The notes beneath the pieces are model-generated. The model worked only from the letters and a program-made list of their open reading frames with translations, searched no databases and was not told the origin of the DNA. The position numbers were made by a program, and so were the translations under genes. From Candidatus Methylomirabilota bacterium (GTDB lineage Bacteria; Methylomirabilota; Methylomirabilia; Rokubacteriales; CSP1-6), in contig DASYUQ010000077.1 of assembly GCA_036001065.1 (NCBI GenBank), positions 12,299 to 76,298 of the forward strand: DNA of 64,000 bases, in the 5' to 3' direction. Positions 16,142 through 25,834 of this stretch are shown here, piece after piece; the first letter of the stretch is position 1, and the number at the start of each line of letters is the position of its first letter.

Positions 16142-17361
16142 CGTCCTCGGAGCGCGCGCGCCCCCTCGGCGGCGGCCCCCGTCGGGAACTCGAAGGTCTC
16201 CAGCGCCGCCCCCTCGACCCCCATCCCGACGAGCCGGGGAATCTCCAGCCGAGCCTCGGCCGCGCGGATCTCATCCGCCGATACGCCCGTCGCCGGGTGC
16301 TTCGGCACGAAGAGCGTGCAACAGTCGGCATCGGGCTCGATCGAGATCTCGAACGTGCCGAGCCGCTGGGCCTCGGCGGTGATCTCCAGCTTGTCCATGC
16401 CGATGAGCGGGCGCAGCACCGGCAGCCCCGCGACCTCGTCGATGCGCGCGATGTTCGTGAGCGTCTGCGACGCGACCTGCCCCAGGCTCTCCCCCGTGGC
16501 CAGCGCCAGCGCGCCCGCTGTCCGGGCCAGCGCCTCGGCGATCCGCACCATCATCCGTCGGTAGACCACCACCCGCACCGGCGGCGGCACGCTCAGCACC
16601 ACCTCGCGCTGGATCTCCCCGAGCGGCACCAGAAGGAGCTGGGACCGGTACTGCCACTCCGTGAGGCGCTCGACCAGCGCCCGCGCCTTGGCCTGGGAGG
16701 TGGCCGGCAGGTACGGCACGCTGTGGAAGTGGACGAACACCACGCGGCAGCCGCGCTTCATCATGCGCCAGGCGGCCACGGGCGAGTCGATGCCGCCCGA
16801 CAGCAGGGCGGCCACGGTGCCGCTCGCCCCCACCGGGAGCCCGCCGGGTCCGGGGACGCGGTCCGCATAGACAAACGTCTCGGCGGGCAGCACCTCGACG
16901 TGGATCTCCAGCTCGGGCTCATTCAGGTCCACCCGCGCGCCCGAGCCCTTGACGCGCTCCAGGACGAACGCGCCCAGCTCACGGTTCAGCTCGACGGAGG
17001 TCATGGGGTACGTCTTGAAGGCTCGGCGCGCCGAGATCCTGAACGACCGGAACGGCCGCCCTTCGATCAGGCCGGCGATGGCGGCCTTCATCGGCTCGAC
17101 CGACGAGGGGACGCGATACGCGAGGGCGACGCTGGCCACGCCGCACACGCGGGCGGCACGGGCGCGGACGACCTCCGGCCGGTCGTGGCCCGCGAGATCG
17201 AGCACGATGCGTCCCGTGAGCTGCTCGACGCCGACCCCGCCCAGATCGGAGGTCGCGCGCGCCAGGTTGCGGGAGAGCTGGCGGAGGAAGAGCGGGCGGT
17301 TGCCCCGCTTCAGGCTGATCTCGTGGTAGTGGACGACCACGGCGGCGCGCAGCCGGCCCAT
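16132..17361 (-). CDS. thiI: tRNA 4-thiouridine(8) synthase ThiI
   Basis: True start ATG at 17361 (MGRLRAAVVVHYHEISLKRGNRP..., aa 121 of the track ORF). THUMP domain + PP-loop SGGIDSPVAAW. Confidence 0.75.
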   Translation of the reverse strand: MGRLRAAVVVHYHEISLKRGNRPLFLRQLSRNLARATSDLGGVGVEQLTGRIVLDLAGHDRPEVVRARAARVCGVASVALAYRVPSSVEPMKAAIAGLIEGRPFRSFRISARRAFKTYPMTSVELNRELGAFVLERVKGSGARVDLNEPELEIHVEVLPAETFVYADRVPGPGGLPVGASGTVAALLSGGIDSPVAAWRMMKRGCRVVFVHFHSVPYLPATSQAKARALVERLTEWQYRSQLLLVPLGEIQREVVLSVPPPVRVVVYRRMMVRIAEALARTAGALALATGESLGQVASQTLTNIARIDEVAGLPVLRPLIGMDKLEITAEAQRLGTFEISIEPDADCCTLFVPKHPATGVSADEIRAAEARLEIPRLVGMGVEGAALETFEFPTGAAAEGARALRGRCD

Positions 17362-17369
17362 CGCTGCCT

Positions 17370-18164
17370 TCAGTACACGCCGCCCGGGAACGTCGAGACC
17401 TCCGGGCGGCGACCGGGCACACGGTACATCTTCACGCCGGAGCCGCCCGCGCCGAACGGCGTGCCGAGGATGCCGTCGTGGATGGCCCAGCTGCGGCCCC
17501 GGATCGAGCCGTCGAACCCCCGTCGCCGGAACGGCGTCGAGTCGTCGAGGCACGCGTGCAGGGCGCCGCCGGGCTGAAAGCCGGCGTGGATGGCGTCCAT
17601 GCGGTCGCGGCCGATGAAGTAGTCGCAGCCGTGGCGCTCGTAGAGGAGCGCCGAGTGATAGAAGAGCGGTTCGACGAGATAGAACTCGCGTCCCAGCAGC
17701 CGGCAGAACGCGTCCATGCACTCCAGCACGCGGCCGATCATGCGGAGGCCCCGGCGAACCTGGCCGGGCGCGAGGCCCGCGGCGAGGGCCCGCGCCTCCT
17801 CACCGAGGTTGCGGCAGGCTGTACCGAGCAGGGTGTCGTGCCCGTGGTCGTCCCGATCGACCCCGTAGCGGGGCGTCTCCGGATCGTTGATCTGAACCAG
17901 CGACAGCTCCGGCGCCCCGAACGCCGACATGCCCATGTCGAGGAGGAGAACCGGGTCGCGATCGTGCTCGCGCGCCCAGAGCTCGATACGCACCCAGGGC
18001 TTCTCGTCCCCGGCGGTGATCCGCACCAGGCGCTCGCCGAGCGGGCCGTGCAGCTGCTGCCGGTCGACCCCGTAGACCACGAGCAGCTCCTCGGGAACGA
18101 GTCGTAGATAGAGCCGGTCGCGGACGTCGAGCGGCAGAGCGTTCAGCGCGACGATGGGGTCCAT
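17370..18164 (-). CDS. Conserved hypothetical protein (no recognisable domain)
   Basis: 264 aa with GC3-rich codon usage, packed between mobA and thiI. There are no diagnostic motifs. Confidence 0.4.
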   Translation of the reverse strand: MDPIVALNALPLDVRDRLYLRLVPEELLVVYGVDRQQLHGPLGERLVRITAGDEKPWVRIELWAREHDRDPVLLLDMGMSAFGAPELSLVQINDPETPRYGVDRDDHGHDTLLGTACRNLGEEARALAAGLAPGQVRRGLRMIGRVLECMDAFCRLLGREFYLVEPLFYHSALLYERHGCDYFIGRDRMDAIHAGFQPGGALHACLDDSTPFRRRGFDGSIRGRSWAIHDGILGTPFGAGGSGVKMYRVPGRRPEVSTFPGGVY

Positions 18165-18225
18165 TACAGGCTCGCCTCGGCCGCGGGGGCCCCAGCCCCC
18201 GGCCGTCCTGCGGCTCGCACGGCCA

Positions 18226-18822
18226 TCAGGCGAGCTCCCGGACCAGCGCCCGCGCGCGCTCCAGCTCCTCGGGCGTATTGACGTTCATGAACACGACGGC
18301 GGGGTCGACGTACCGCGCGATCTCCGCCTCATCGATCACGACGACGCGCACCTTGTCGAAGAACCCCACGATCTTCAGCCGCCCGGCCAGCAACCGCTCC
18401 TCCATGTGCGGTAGGCAGCTCTTCTGGTAGGCGGCGTGCATCGTCTCGTACTGATCGCCCACGCGCGGGATCACGACGTCCCCGAGCGGAGCGTGCTCGA
18501 CGACGAGACGGACGACCTCGCGGCGCAGGAACGGCATGTCACAGGCCACGGTGAACGCCGCCCCGCCGGAGGCCGCCTTGAGGCCCGAGTAGATGCCGCC
18601 CAGGGAGCCGTGATCCGGATAGACGTCGGGCACCATGGGCAGGCCCAGGAAGGCATAGAGCTCCGGCATGTTCGTGACGATCAGCAGGTCGTCCACGGCG
18701 CCCGCGAGCACCCCGGCCACGCGCTCGATGATCCGTCGGCCGCCCAGGTCCATCAGCGCCTTGGGTTGCCCGCCCATGCGGGTGCTCTTGCCACCGGCCT
18801 GGATCACGCCCGTGATTTTCAT
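18226..18822 (-). CDS. mobA: Molybdenum cofactor guanylyltransferase
   Basis: Start ATG 18822 (MKITGVIQAGGKSTRMGGQPKAL...). The first 29 aa of the track ORF are a read-through of repeat copy D. Confidence 0.7.
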   Translation of the reverse strand: MKITGVIQAGGKSTRMGGQPKALMDLGGRRIIERVAGVLAGAVDDLLIVTNMPELYAFLGLPMVPDVYPDHGSLGGIYSGLKAASGGAAFTVACDMPFLRREVVRLVVEHAPLGDVVIPRVGDQYETMHAAYQKSCLPHMEERLLAGRLKIVGFFDKVRVVVIDEAEIARYVDPAVVFMNVNTPEELERARALVRELA

Positions 18823-18896
18823 TCGAAGGGGGCCTCGGCGGCCCCCTCCGAGGCCTCCCCCAGGATCGATGGCGCCGGCAAAGCCGACGCTCGAAC
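18823..18896. repeat. GC-rich palindromic repeat element, copy D (reverse orientation), immediately 5' of mobA
   Basis: cgaagggggcctcggcggccccctccgaggcctcccccaggatcgatggcgccggcaaagccgacgctcgaa is about 90% identical to copy E over about 70 bp. Confidence 0.6.
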
Positions 18897-18919
18897 GCTG
18901 GCCTCGCAACAGCGGGGCG

Positions 18920-19531
18920 TCATATCACGCGCACGGCGCCCTGGCGGATCACGCGCGGCGGATCGACGGTGACGTCGAGCACCGTGGAGGCCAGCCCACC
19001 GGCCGTCGGGCCGCCGTCGAGCACCAGCGCGATCGCGCCGTCCAGATCACGCAGCACCGCGTCTGCAGTCGTCGGCGGAGGATCGTCGGACCGGTTCGCG
19101 CTGGGCGCCGTCACCGGTCCGCCGAGCGCTCGGGCCAAGCCGCGCGCGATCGGATGAAGCGAGAGCCGCACGCCGACCGTGCCCGTCCCCGCCGTGACCT
19201 CCACCGGCACCGACGGCTGGGCGGGCAGCACCAGCGTCAGGGCTCCGGGCCAGTGTTGGGCCATGAGTCGGCGGGCGGGCTCGGAGATGACCGCCAGCCG
19301 CTCGACCATCTCCACCGAGTCGACGAGCACCAGCAGCGGCTTCGATTCGGGGCGGCGCTTGACCTCGAAGATCCGCCTCACCGCCCCCCCATCCAGCGCC
19401 GCGGCGCCGAGGCCGTAGAAGGTCTCGGTGGGATAGGCGACCAGACCGCCCTTCTTCAGCGCGGCCGCCCCGCGCTGGAGCGCAGCGGCGTCAGGGTTCG
19501 CGGGATCGACCTTCAGGACCTCCGTGCCCAT
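18920..19531 (-). CDS. tsaC: L-threonylcarbamoyladenylate synthase (YrdC/Sua5 family)
   Basis: YPTETFYGLGAAA and the YrdC fold, 203 aa. Confidence 0.7.
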   Translation of the reverse strand: MGTEVLKVDPANPDAAALQRGAAALKKGGLVAYPTETFYGLGAAALDGGAVRRIFEVKRRPESKPLLVLVDSVEMVERLAVISEPARRLMAQHWPGALTLVLPAQPSVPVEVTAGTGTVGVRLSLHPIARGLARALGGPVTAPSANRSDDPPPTTADAVLRDLDGAIALVLDGGPTAGGLASTVLDVTVDPPRVIRQGAVRVI

Positions 19532-19546
19532 GCCCTCACGTCCCGG

Positions 19547-20062
19547 TTATTCGCGTGCCTTCATCCGTTCGGCGACGCGGCGCGCCCGCTCGTCGACCTC
19601 GGCGGCCAGGCGCCTTCGGTAGGCCGCCAGGCGCTCGCTCACGGCGGGATCGGCGACGGCCAGAATCTGCGCCGCCAGGATCGCGGCGTTCACCGCGCCC
19701 CAGGTACCGATGGCCACCGTGGCCACGGGCACGCCCTTGGGCATCTGGGCGATCGACAGGAGCGCATCGAGGCCGCCGAGCGGGGTGGAGGCGATGGGCA
19801 CGCCGATGACGGGCAGCGGCGAGGCCGCCGCCAGAACGCCGGGCAGCGCAGCGGCGCCGCCGGCCGCACCGATGAGGACGCCAAGGCCACGCGCATGAGC
19901 CGTCGCCGCGTAGTCGTGGGTCCGCTGGGGCGTGCGATGGGCGGAGGCCACCACCACCTCGCTGCCGATCTCGAGCGCATCGAGGACCTTCACTGCCTCC
20001 AGCATGACCTCGAGGTCCGAATCGCTGCCGAGCACGATGCCGACACGCACAGGTCTATCCAC
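19547..20062 (-). CDS. purE: 5-(carboxyamino)imidazole ribonucleotide mutase
   Basis: GTG start at 20062 with RBS AGGAAGGGG. It overlaps the purD stop as [20 protein letters not shown]...ASAHRTP...[12 protein letters not shown]. Confidence 0.8.
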   Translation of the reverse strand: MDRPVRVGIVLGSDSDLEVMLEAVKVLDALEIGSEVVVASAHRTPQRTHDYAATAHARGLGVLIGAAGGAAALPGVLAAASPLPVIGVPIASTPLGGLDALLSIAQMPKGVPVATVAIGTWGAVNAAILAAQILAVADPAVSERLAAYRRRLAAEVDERARRVAERMKARE

Positions 20063-21330
20063 TATCCGATCCCCTTCCTGCCGATGTCGGTGCGATAGTG
20101 CACACCGTCGAAGCGGATCCGCGCCGCCGCCTGGTAGGCGTGTGCGATCGCCTCGCGGAGCGCGGGTGCCGTGGCCGTCACGCTCAGCACGCGCCCGCCG
20201 GCCGTGACGAGCTTGCCGTCGCGCTCGGCCGTCCCCGCGTGGAAGACGCGCACGCCCTCCACCGTCTCGGCGGCGTCGATGCCGTCGATGGGGAGGCCCA
20301 TCGGGTAGCGCTCCGGGTAGCCGGCGGAGGCCAGCGTCACGCACACCGCCGCCTCGGGCCTCCAGGCGACGCGCTCGGGCAGCCGATCACCGCGCGCGGC
20401 GGCCAGCAGAAGCGGCACGAGGTCACTCCCGAGCCGCACCACGAGCGCCTGGCACTCCGGGTCACCGAAGCGGCAGTTGAACTCCAGCACCTTCGGTCCC
20501 TCGCCCGTCATCATCAGCCCGACGAAGAGCACGCCGCGGTAGGGCATACCGTCCTTGGCCAGCGCCGCGATCGTGGGATCGACGATACTCTCCATCACCT
20601 GCTGTTCGGCCGCGGCATCGATCCCCGGCACCGGCGAGTAGGCCCCCATGCCGCCGGTGTTCGGTCCACGGTCGTCGTCGAAGACCGTCTTGTGATCTCG
20701 TGCGGCGCCGAGAGGCACCGCGGCCTGGCCATTGGCCAGGGCGAAAAACGAGACCTCCCCACCACGCAAGAACTCCTCAATCACGACCTTCTTCCCGGCA
20801 TCGCCAAATACCCTGAGTTCCATCGCCGCCGATATGGCCTTGGCCGCTTCCTCGGCCGTCTGACACACGGTCACGCCTTTACCCGCGGCGAGTCCGTCGA
20901 CCTTTACGACCACGGGCTGGCTAAGCCCTCGGCAGTGGTCGATCGCGGCCCTGACGTCGTCAAAGGTCTCAAATCGCGCGGTGGGGATCCGGTAGCGCTT
21001 CATCAGCGACTTCGCGAACGCCTTCGATCCCTCGATCTGCGCCGCGGCCGCGGTCGGCCCGAAGACGGCCAGCCCCCGCGAGGTGAAGCGGTCGGCGAGT
21101 CCGGCGACCAGCGGCCCTTCGGGCCCCACGACGGTGAAGTCGATCCGCTCGCGCTCGGCGAAGGCGAGGAGCTCGTCGTGGGCCTCGGCTTTGATGGGCA
21201 CGCACTTCGCGTGACGCGCGATGCCCGGATTGCCGGGCGCGGCGTAGAGCGTGTCGACCAGCGGGCTCTGCGCGAGCTTCCAGGCCAGCGCGTGCTCCCG
21301 TCCCCCACCGCCCACCAGCAGCAGCTTCAT
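20062..21330 (-). CDS. purD: Phosphoribosylamine--glycine ligase
   Basis: Start ATG 21330 ([19 protein letters not shown]...) with an ATP-grasp domain. Confidence 0.85.
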   Translation of the reverse strand: MKLLLVGGGGREHALAWKLAQSPLVDTLYAAPGNPGIARHAKCVPIKAEAHDELLAFAERERIDFTVVGPEGPLVAGLADRFTSRGLAVFGPTAAAAQIEGSKAFAKSLMKRYRIPTARFETFDDVRAAIDHCRGLSQPVVVKVDGLAAGKGVTVCQTAEEAAKAISAAMELRVFGDAGKKVVIEEFLRGGEVSFFALANGQAAVPLGAARDHKTVFDDDRGPNTGGMGAYSPVPGIDAAAEQQVMESIVDPTIAALAKDGMPYRGVLFVGLMMTGEGPKVLEFNCRFGDPECQALVVRLGSDLVPLLLAAARGDRLPERVAWRPEAAVCVTLASAGYPERYPMGLPIDGIDAAETVEGVRVFHAGTAERDGKLVTAGGRVLSVTATAPALREAIAHAYQAAARIRFDGVHYRTDIGRKGIG

Positions 21331-22229
21331 TCGGGCGGGCCCCCTCCAGGCGGCTCCACGACTTCCAGGTGCGCGCGGGCGATGCGGGCCCACGGGCTAC
21401 CCGAGTCCAGCTCGAGGTACCGCTGCCAGTGCGCGACCGCTTCCGCGTTGCGGCCGGCCCGGGCGAGCGCCGCCGCCAGGTTGAAGTGAGCGTCGGCGTA
21501 GTCGGGCGACAGCTCGAGCGCGCGCCGGTAATGGACGATCGCCTGCTCGGCATCGCCGCAGTCCTCGTCGAGCGATCCCAGGTTGTAGGCGGCCTCGGCG
21601 CACCGGGGGTCCTGCTCCAGCGCGGCCGTGTACGCCGCCCGCGCCTCCTCGTATCGTCCCATCCGGTGCAGGAGGAGCCCGAGGTTGTTCCAGGCGGCGG
21701 CGTAGGTCGGATCGAGGGCCACCACGCGGCGATAGGCATCGATGGCGTCCTCCCAGTGCCCGGGATCGGCATCCCACTCGCTGGCCCGCTCGAACCAGGT
21801 CTCCGCCTGGGCGGCGGGCGGATACAGCGGCCGGACCAGCCCCGTGGCGAGGGTCGCCGCCGCGTCCTTGGTGAGGCCGCCGGCGTCGAGCGCGAGCACC
21901 GTCTGCCCGGTGCGGGGATCGAAGCGGACGCGCTCGGACTGAGCGAGGAGGCGATCGCCCTCGACGATGAAGCGCACCTCCGCCAGCGGGCTCTCCAGAT
22001 CGGGGTCCTGCTTCCGGAGCGCCAGCAGCGCCTCGCGGATCTGGCGTACCGATGCGCCCGCGTCCAGCAGCGCGGTGGCCGCCTTGAGCGCCAGGAGGTC
22101 GCGGAAGGTGTAGCCGGCGTCGCCGCGGAGCAGATCGAGCCGCCGGAGTTGGGCCAGCCGCCGGGGCGTGAGGCTCAGAATCCGGGTCAGATCCCGGAGC
22201 CCATAGATCCGTTCGGGACCCCGTGCCAT
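21327..22229 (-). CDS. MerR-like HTH + TPR-repeat protein embedded in the pur operon
   Basis: N-terminal IYGLRDLTRILSLTPRRLAQLRRLDLL (MerR-type HTH) followed by several TPR units (AAWNNLGLLLHRMGRYEEARAAY...). Its stop and start overlap purD and purH. Confidence 0.5.
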   Translation of the reverse strand: MARGPERIYGLRDLTRILSLTPRRLAQLRRLDLLRGDAGYTFRDLLALKAATALLDAGASVRQIREALLALRKQDPDLESPLAEVRFIVEGDRLLAQSERVRFDPRTGQTVLALDAGGLTKDAAATLATGLVRPLYPPAAQAETWFERASEWDADPGHWEDAIDAYRRVVALDPTYAAAWNNLGLLLHRMGRYEEARAAYTAALEQDPRCAEAAYNLGSLDEDCGDAEQAIVHYRRALELSPDYADAHFNLAAALARAGRNAEAVAHWQRYLELDSGSPWARIARAHLEVVEPPGGGPPE

Positions 22230-22234
22230 CGCGG

Positions 22235-23920
22235 TCAGTGGCGGAAGTGACGGATGCCGGTGAAGACCATCGCCACCCCGCGCTCGTCGGCCGCCGCGAT
22301 GACCTCCTGATCCCGGAGCGAGCCGCCCGGCTGGATGACGGCCGTGACCCCGGCCTGAGCCACGACGTCGAGACCGTCGCGGAACGGGAAGAACGCGTCG
22401 GAGGCGCAGACGCTGCCTTCGGTGCCGAGCCCGGCCTCGCGCGCCCGCATGACGGCCAGGCGCGCGGAGTCCAGGCGATTCATCTGCCCGGCCCCGACGC
22501 CGACCACCTGATCGCCTGTGGTCAGCACGATGGCGTTCGATTTGACGTGCTTGGCCACCCGCCAGGCGAAGCCGAGCGCGGCCATCTCGTCGGGAGTGGG
22601 CGCGCGCCGGGTGACCGTCTTGAGGGTCTTCTCATCGAGGTCGACCGCGTCCGCCGCCTGCACCAGCAGACCACCGAGCACGCTCCGGTACTCGACGAGC
22701 CGCGGGAGCCGTTCGCACGGTACCTGGAGCACACGGCACTTCTTCTTCGTCCGCCTGAGCTCCTCCAGCGCCTCGGGAACGAAGGCGGGCGCGAAGAGGA
22801 TCTCGACGAAGATGCCGGCGAGCTCCCGGACGACGGCCGGGTCGAAGGCGCGGTTGACGCCGACGATCCCGCCGTAGATCGATACCGGATCCGACGCTTT
22901 CGCCTTGGCCATGGCGGCGCCGGCGGTGGCGGCGACCGCGGCACCGCACGGGTTGGTGTGCTTGACGACGACGGCCGCCGGCTCGGCGAACTCGAGCAAC
23001 AGCCCCAGGGCCGCCGAGAGGTCGAGCAGATTGTTGTAACCGAGCTCGGGCCCGTGCAGCTGCCGCATGGCGCCGAGCCCGAAGGGGAACCCGCCGAGGA
23101 GGCGGTAGAACGCCGCCGCCTGGTGGGGGTTCTCGCCGTACCTCAGACCGAGCGCCCGCTCGGCCTCGAGCCGCAGCCGCTCCGGAAACTGCTCCGTTCG
23201 AGCGCCGGCTTCGCCGGCGCAATCCGTCCTGGGGGAGGTCTCGGAGGGGACCGTCGCGCCCTCCGGGCGCGCCTGTGGAGTCGCCCCCTCCGACCGGGAT
23301 GGGAGGCGAAGCCCCCCTCCGAGGGAGGCGGCCCCCTCCGAAGAAAAATGAGCGGCGATCGCCGCGTCGTATTCGGCCGTCCGCCGGAACGCTTGCTGGG
23401 CCAGACGAGCGCGCGTCTCGTCGCTAAGCGCGCCGCCGCTGGCCCGCAGCTCTCCCAGGACCTCCGCGTACTGCGAGGGATCGGTGACGACGGCCACGCT
23501 CGCGTGGTTCTTGGCGGCGGCGCGAATCATGGCCGGACCCCCGATGTCGATCTGCTCGATCGCCTCGGCGCGCGTGACGCCGGGCCGCGCCACCGTGGCC
23601 TCGAACGGGTAGAGCGCCACGACGACGAGGTCGATCGGCGGGATCCCGTGCTGCTCGAGCGCGGCCGCATGCTCGGGGGAGTCCCGGCGGGCCAGGATGC
23701 CTCCGTGAATCTTGGGATGGAGCGTCTTGACACGACCGTCGAGCATCTCGGGAAACCCGGTGACGTCGGCGACCTCGCGCACCGGCACCCCCGAGTCCCG
23801 GAGCAGCCGAGCCGTCCCGCCCGTCGAGAGGAGCTCCACCCCCAGCTCCCGGAGGGCTCTGGCCAGCTCGACCACACCGGTCTTGTCGTGAACGCTCACG
23901 AGCGCACGCCGGACCTTCAT
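22235..23920 (-). CDS. purH: Bifunctional AICAR transformylase / IMP cyclohydrolase, with repeat-derived about 50-aa insertion in the interdomain linker
   Basis: MGS-like N-domain (VRRALVSVHDKTG...) and AICARFT C-domain. The linker segment SSEGAASLGGGLRLPSRSEGATPQARPEGATVPSETSPRTDCAGEAGARTEQ is encoded by repeat copy C. Confidence 0.85.
   Translation of the reverse strand: MKVRRALVSVHDKTGVVELARALRELGVELLSTGGTARLLRDSGVPVREVADVTGFPEMLDGRVKTLHPKIHGGILARRDSPEHAAALEQHGIPPIDLVVVALYPFEATVARPGVTRAEAIEQIDIGGPAMIRAAAKNHASVAVVTDPSQYAEVLGELRASGGALSDETRARLAQQAFRRTAEYDAAIAAHFSSEGAASLGGGLRLPSRSEGATPQARPEGATVPSETSPRTDCAGEAGARTEQFPERLRLEAERALGLRYGENPHQAAAFYRLLGGFPFGLGAMRQLHGPELGYNNLLDLSAALGLLLEFAEPAAVVVKHTNPCGAAVAATAGAAMAKAKASDPVSIYGGIVGVNRAFDPAVVRELAGIFVEILFAPAFVPEALEELRRTKKKCRVLQVPCERLPRLVEYRSVLGGLLVQAADAVDLDEKTLKTVTRRAPTPDEMAALGFAWRVAKHVKSNAIVLTTGDQVVGVGAGQMNRLDSARLAVMRAREAGLGTEGSVCASDAFFPFRDGLDVVAQAGVTAVIQPGGSLRDQEVIAAADERGVAMVFTGIRHFRH
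23199..23349. repeat. GC-rich palindromic repeat element, long copy C (forward orientation), in-frame inside purH
   Basis: The 5' module ttcgagcgccggcttcgccggcgcaatccgtcctgggggaggtctcggagggga matches the reverse complement of copy E's 3' end (A and C share the core TTCGAGCGCCGGCTYCGCCGGC and GGGGAGG-YCGGAGGGG). The 3' module ggccccctccgaagaaaaa matches copies A and B. Confidence 0.6.
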
Positions 23921-23924
23921 TCGA

Positions 23925-24539
23925 TCACCATCCCACGATCACTCTCCTGCCGACGATCCTAAGCCGCCCTTCCGCGAAGAGCCGCACCGCCTGCGGATAG
24001 AGCCGGTGCTCCTCGGCGAGGATCCGTGCCGCCAGCGTCTCCTCGGTGTCGTCGGGCTGCACGGGGACGCTCGATTGTAAGATGATCGGGCCGGTGTCCA
24101 CGCCTTCGTCGACGAAGTGGACGGTGGCGCCCGAGATCTTCACGCCATGGTCGAGCGCCTGGCGCTGGGCGTTCAGCCCGGGGAAGGCCGGCAGCAGCGA
24201 GGGGTGGATGTTCATGATCCGCCCCGTCCACGCCCGGACGAACGCCGGTCCGAGGACACGCATGAAGCCGGCCAGGCAGACGAGCCCGACCTGATGCGCC
24301 TCGAGGACCTTGGTGATGGCGGCGTCGTAGGCCTCGCGGGCGCCGAAGTCCTTGGGGTTCAGGAGCACGGCCGGCACCCCCCGCTCGGCGGCGATCTTCA
24401 GCGCCCGGGCGCCCTCGCGATCGGAGACGACCACGGCGACCCGGGCCGGAAAGTCGGTGCGCGCGCTGGCGTCGAGGATCGCCTGGAGGTTCGAGCCGCG
24501 ACCGGAGGCGAGCACGCCGACCCGGAGAAGCTCCTTCAC
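23925..24539 (-). CDS. purN: Phosphoribosylglycinamide formyltransferase
   Basis: VGVLASGRGSNLQAIL...HPSLLPAFPG. Confidence 0.8.
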   Translation of the reverse strand: MKELLRVGVLASGRGSNLQAILDASARTDFPARVAVVVSDREGARALKIAAERGVPAVLLNPKDFGAREAYDAAITKVLEAHQVGLVCLAGFMRVLGPAFVRAWTGRIMNIHPSLLPAFPGLNAQRQALDHGVKISGATVHFVDEGVDTGPIILQSSVPVQPDDTEETLAARILAEEHRLYPQAVRLFAEGRLRIVGRRVIVGW

Positions 24540-25834
24540 GCGGCGTCGCGCTCCTTGGGGGCGGCGGCGTGAAGGGCGCAGATCGGGCAGCGTGGCACCT
24601 GTCGCATGATGGCCGAGTCCCGCGGGAAGAAGCGGGCCAGGGACCAGTCGAGCGCCACCTGGAGTTGCTTGCGGACGCCGACCAACTTCAGGAGGTGGAG
24701 CGCGTTCCAGAAGAGCCAGGCCGGGTAGCCGGAGAACCGGAACCCCATGACCTCGACCACGGCGTCCTTCTCGCCCAGCGACACCAGCATCCCGCGCGGC
24801 GCAAAGTCGATCGGCCGCAGCGCGCGGCCGGCGAGGTCGGCCACGATGTTCTCGGCGACCAGGCGCCCGTGGGCCAGCGCCGCCGGGATGATGGGAATGG
24901 AGGCTTGGGGCTTGCCCTCGATGCTGACCGCGTCCCCGGCGCCGTAGACCTCCGGATGGCCGGGAATCTGGAGGAAGCTGTTGACGACGATCCGCCCCAG
25001 TCGATCGTGGCCGACGGGGAGGTGGGCCAGTGCCGGGTGGCCCTTGACGCCCGCGGCCCAGACGATCAGGCCCGCCGCGATCGACTCGCCACCCCCTACC
25101 TCGACGACGCCGGGCAGCACCCGCGTGACGCGCGTTCGGGTCTTGACCTCGATGCCCTCGCGGTGCAGCCGCCGGTGCGCTCGTTCCGCGAGCGCGGGAT
25201 GGACGCCGCGCAGGATCTCCTCGCCCGCCTCGAGGACGACCAGGCGGTAGTCGCCGGCCTCGATGCCGCGGTAGCGCGGCACCACATACGAATGGAAGAA
25301 GTCGTGCAGCTCCGCCACCAGCTCGACGCCGGTGTAGCCGCCGCCAACGACGCAGACCGTCAGCATGCGCCGACGGACGTCGGGATCGGGCTCGTGATCG
25401 GCGTGCTCGGCGAGGTCGATCAGATGATCGCGCAGGAGGATGGCGTCGTCGAGGTGCTTGTACGGGAGCGCGTGCTCCTCGACGCCGGGGATCCCGAAGC
25501 TCGGCGTCGTTCCGCCGAGCGCGATCACCAGACGGTCATAGGCCACGGTCCCCTCGGCGAGGACGACCCGACGCGCGGCCAGATCGATGTCGAGCACCTG
25601 GTCGCGGCGGAAGCGGAATCGGCGGGCCCCGCGGAGGTCGCGGATCGGTTGGATGATGTGGCGCGGCTCGACGAGCGAGGAGGCCACCTGGGGCAGCAGC
25701 GGGGTGAACAGCAGATAGTTGCGGTCGCTCACCAGGAGCAGCTCGACATCCTGCCGGGGGCCCAGCCGGCGATCCAGCACGCGGATCGCCTCCAGCCCGG
25801 CGAAGCCGCCGCCCAGCACCGCGATGCGGCTCAC
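24536..25834 (-). CDS. ndh: Type II NADH:quinone oxidoreductase (NDH-2)-family flavoprotein, embedded in the pur operon
   Basis: GTG start 25834 (VSRIAVLGGGFAGLEA...). It has two Rossmann GxGxxG motifs (the second is VVGGGYTGVE). GTGA overlap with the purM stop and ATGA overlap with the purN start. Confidence 0.6.
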   Translation of the reverse strand: MSRIAVLGGGFAGLEAIRVLDRRLGPRQDVELLLVSDRNYLLFTPLLPQVASSLVEPRHIIQPIRDLRGARRFRFRRDQVLDIDLAARRVVLAEGTVAYDRLVIALGGTTPSFGIPGVEEHALPYKHLDDAILLRDHLIDLAEHADHEPDPDVRRRMLTVCVVGGGYTGVELVAELHDFFHSYVVPRYRGIEAGDYRLVVLEAGEEILRGVHPALAERAHRRLHREGIEVKTRTRVTRVLPGVVEVGGGESIAAGLIVWAAGVKGHPALAHLPVGHDRLGRIVVNSFLQIPGHPEVYGAGDAVSIEGKPQASIPIIPAALAHGRLVAENIVADLAGRALRPIDFAPRGMLVSLGEKDAVVEVMGFRFSGYPAWLFWNALHLLKLVGVRKQLQVALDWSLARFFPRDSAIMRQVPRCPICALHAAAPKERDAA

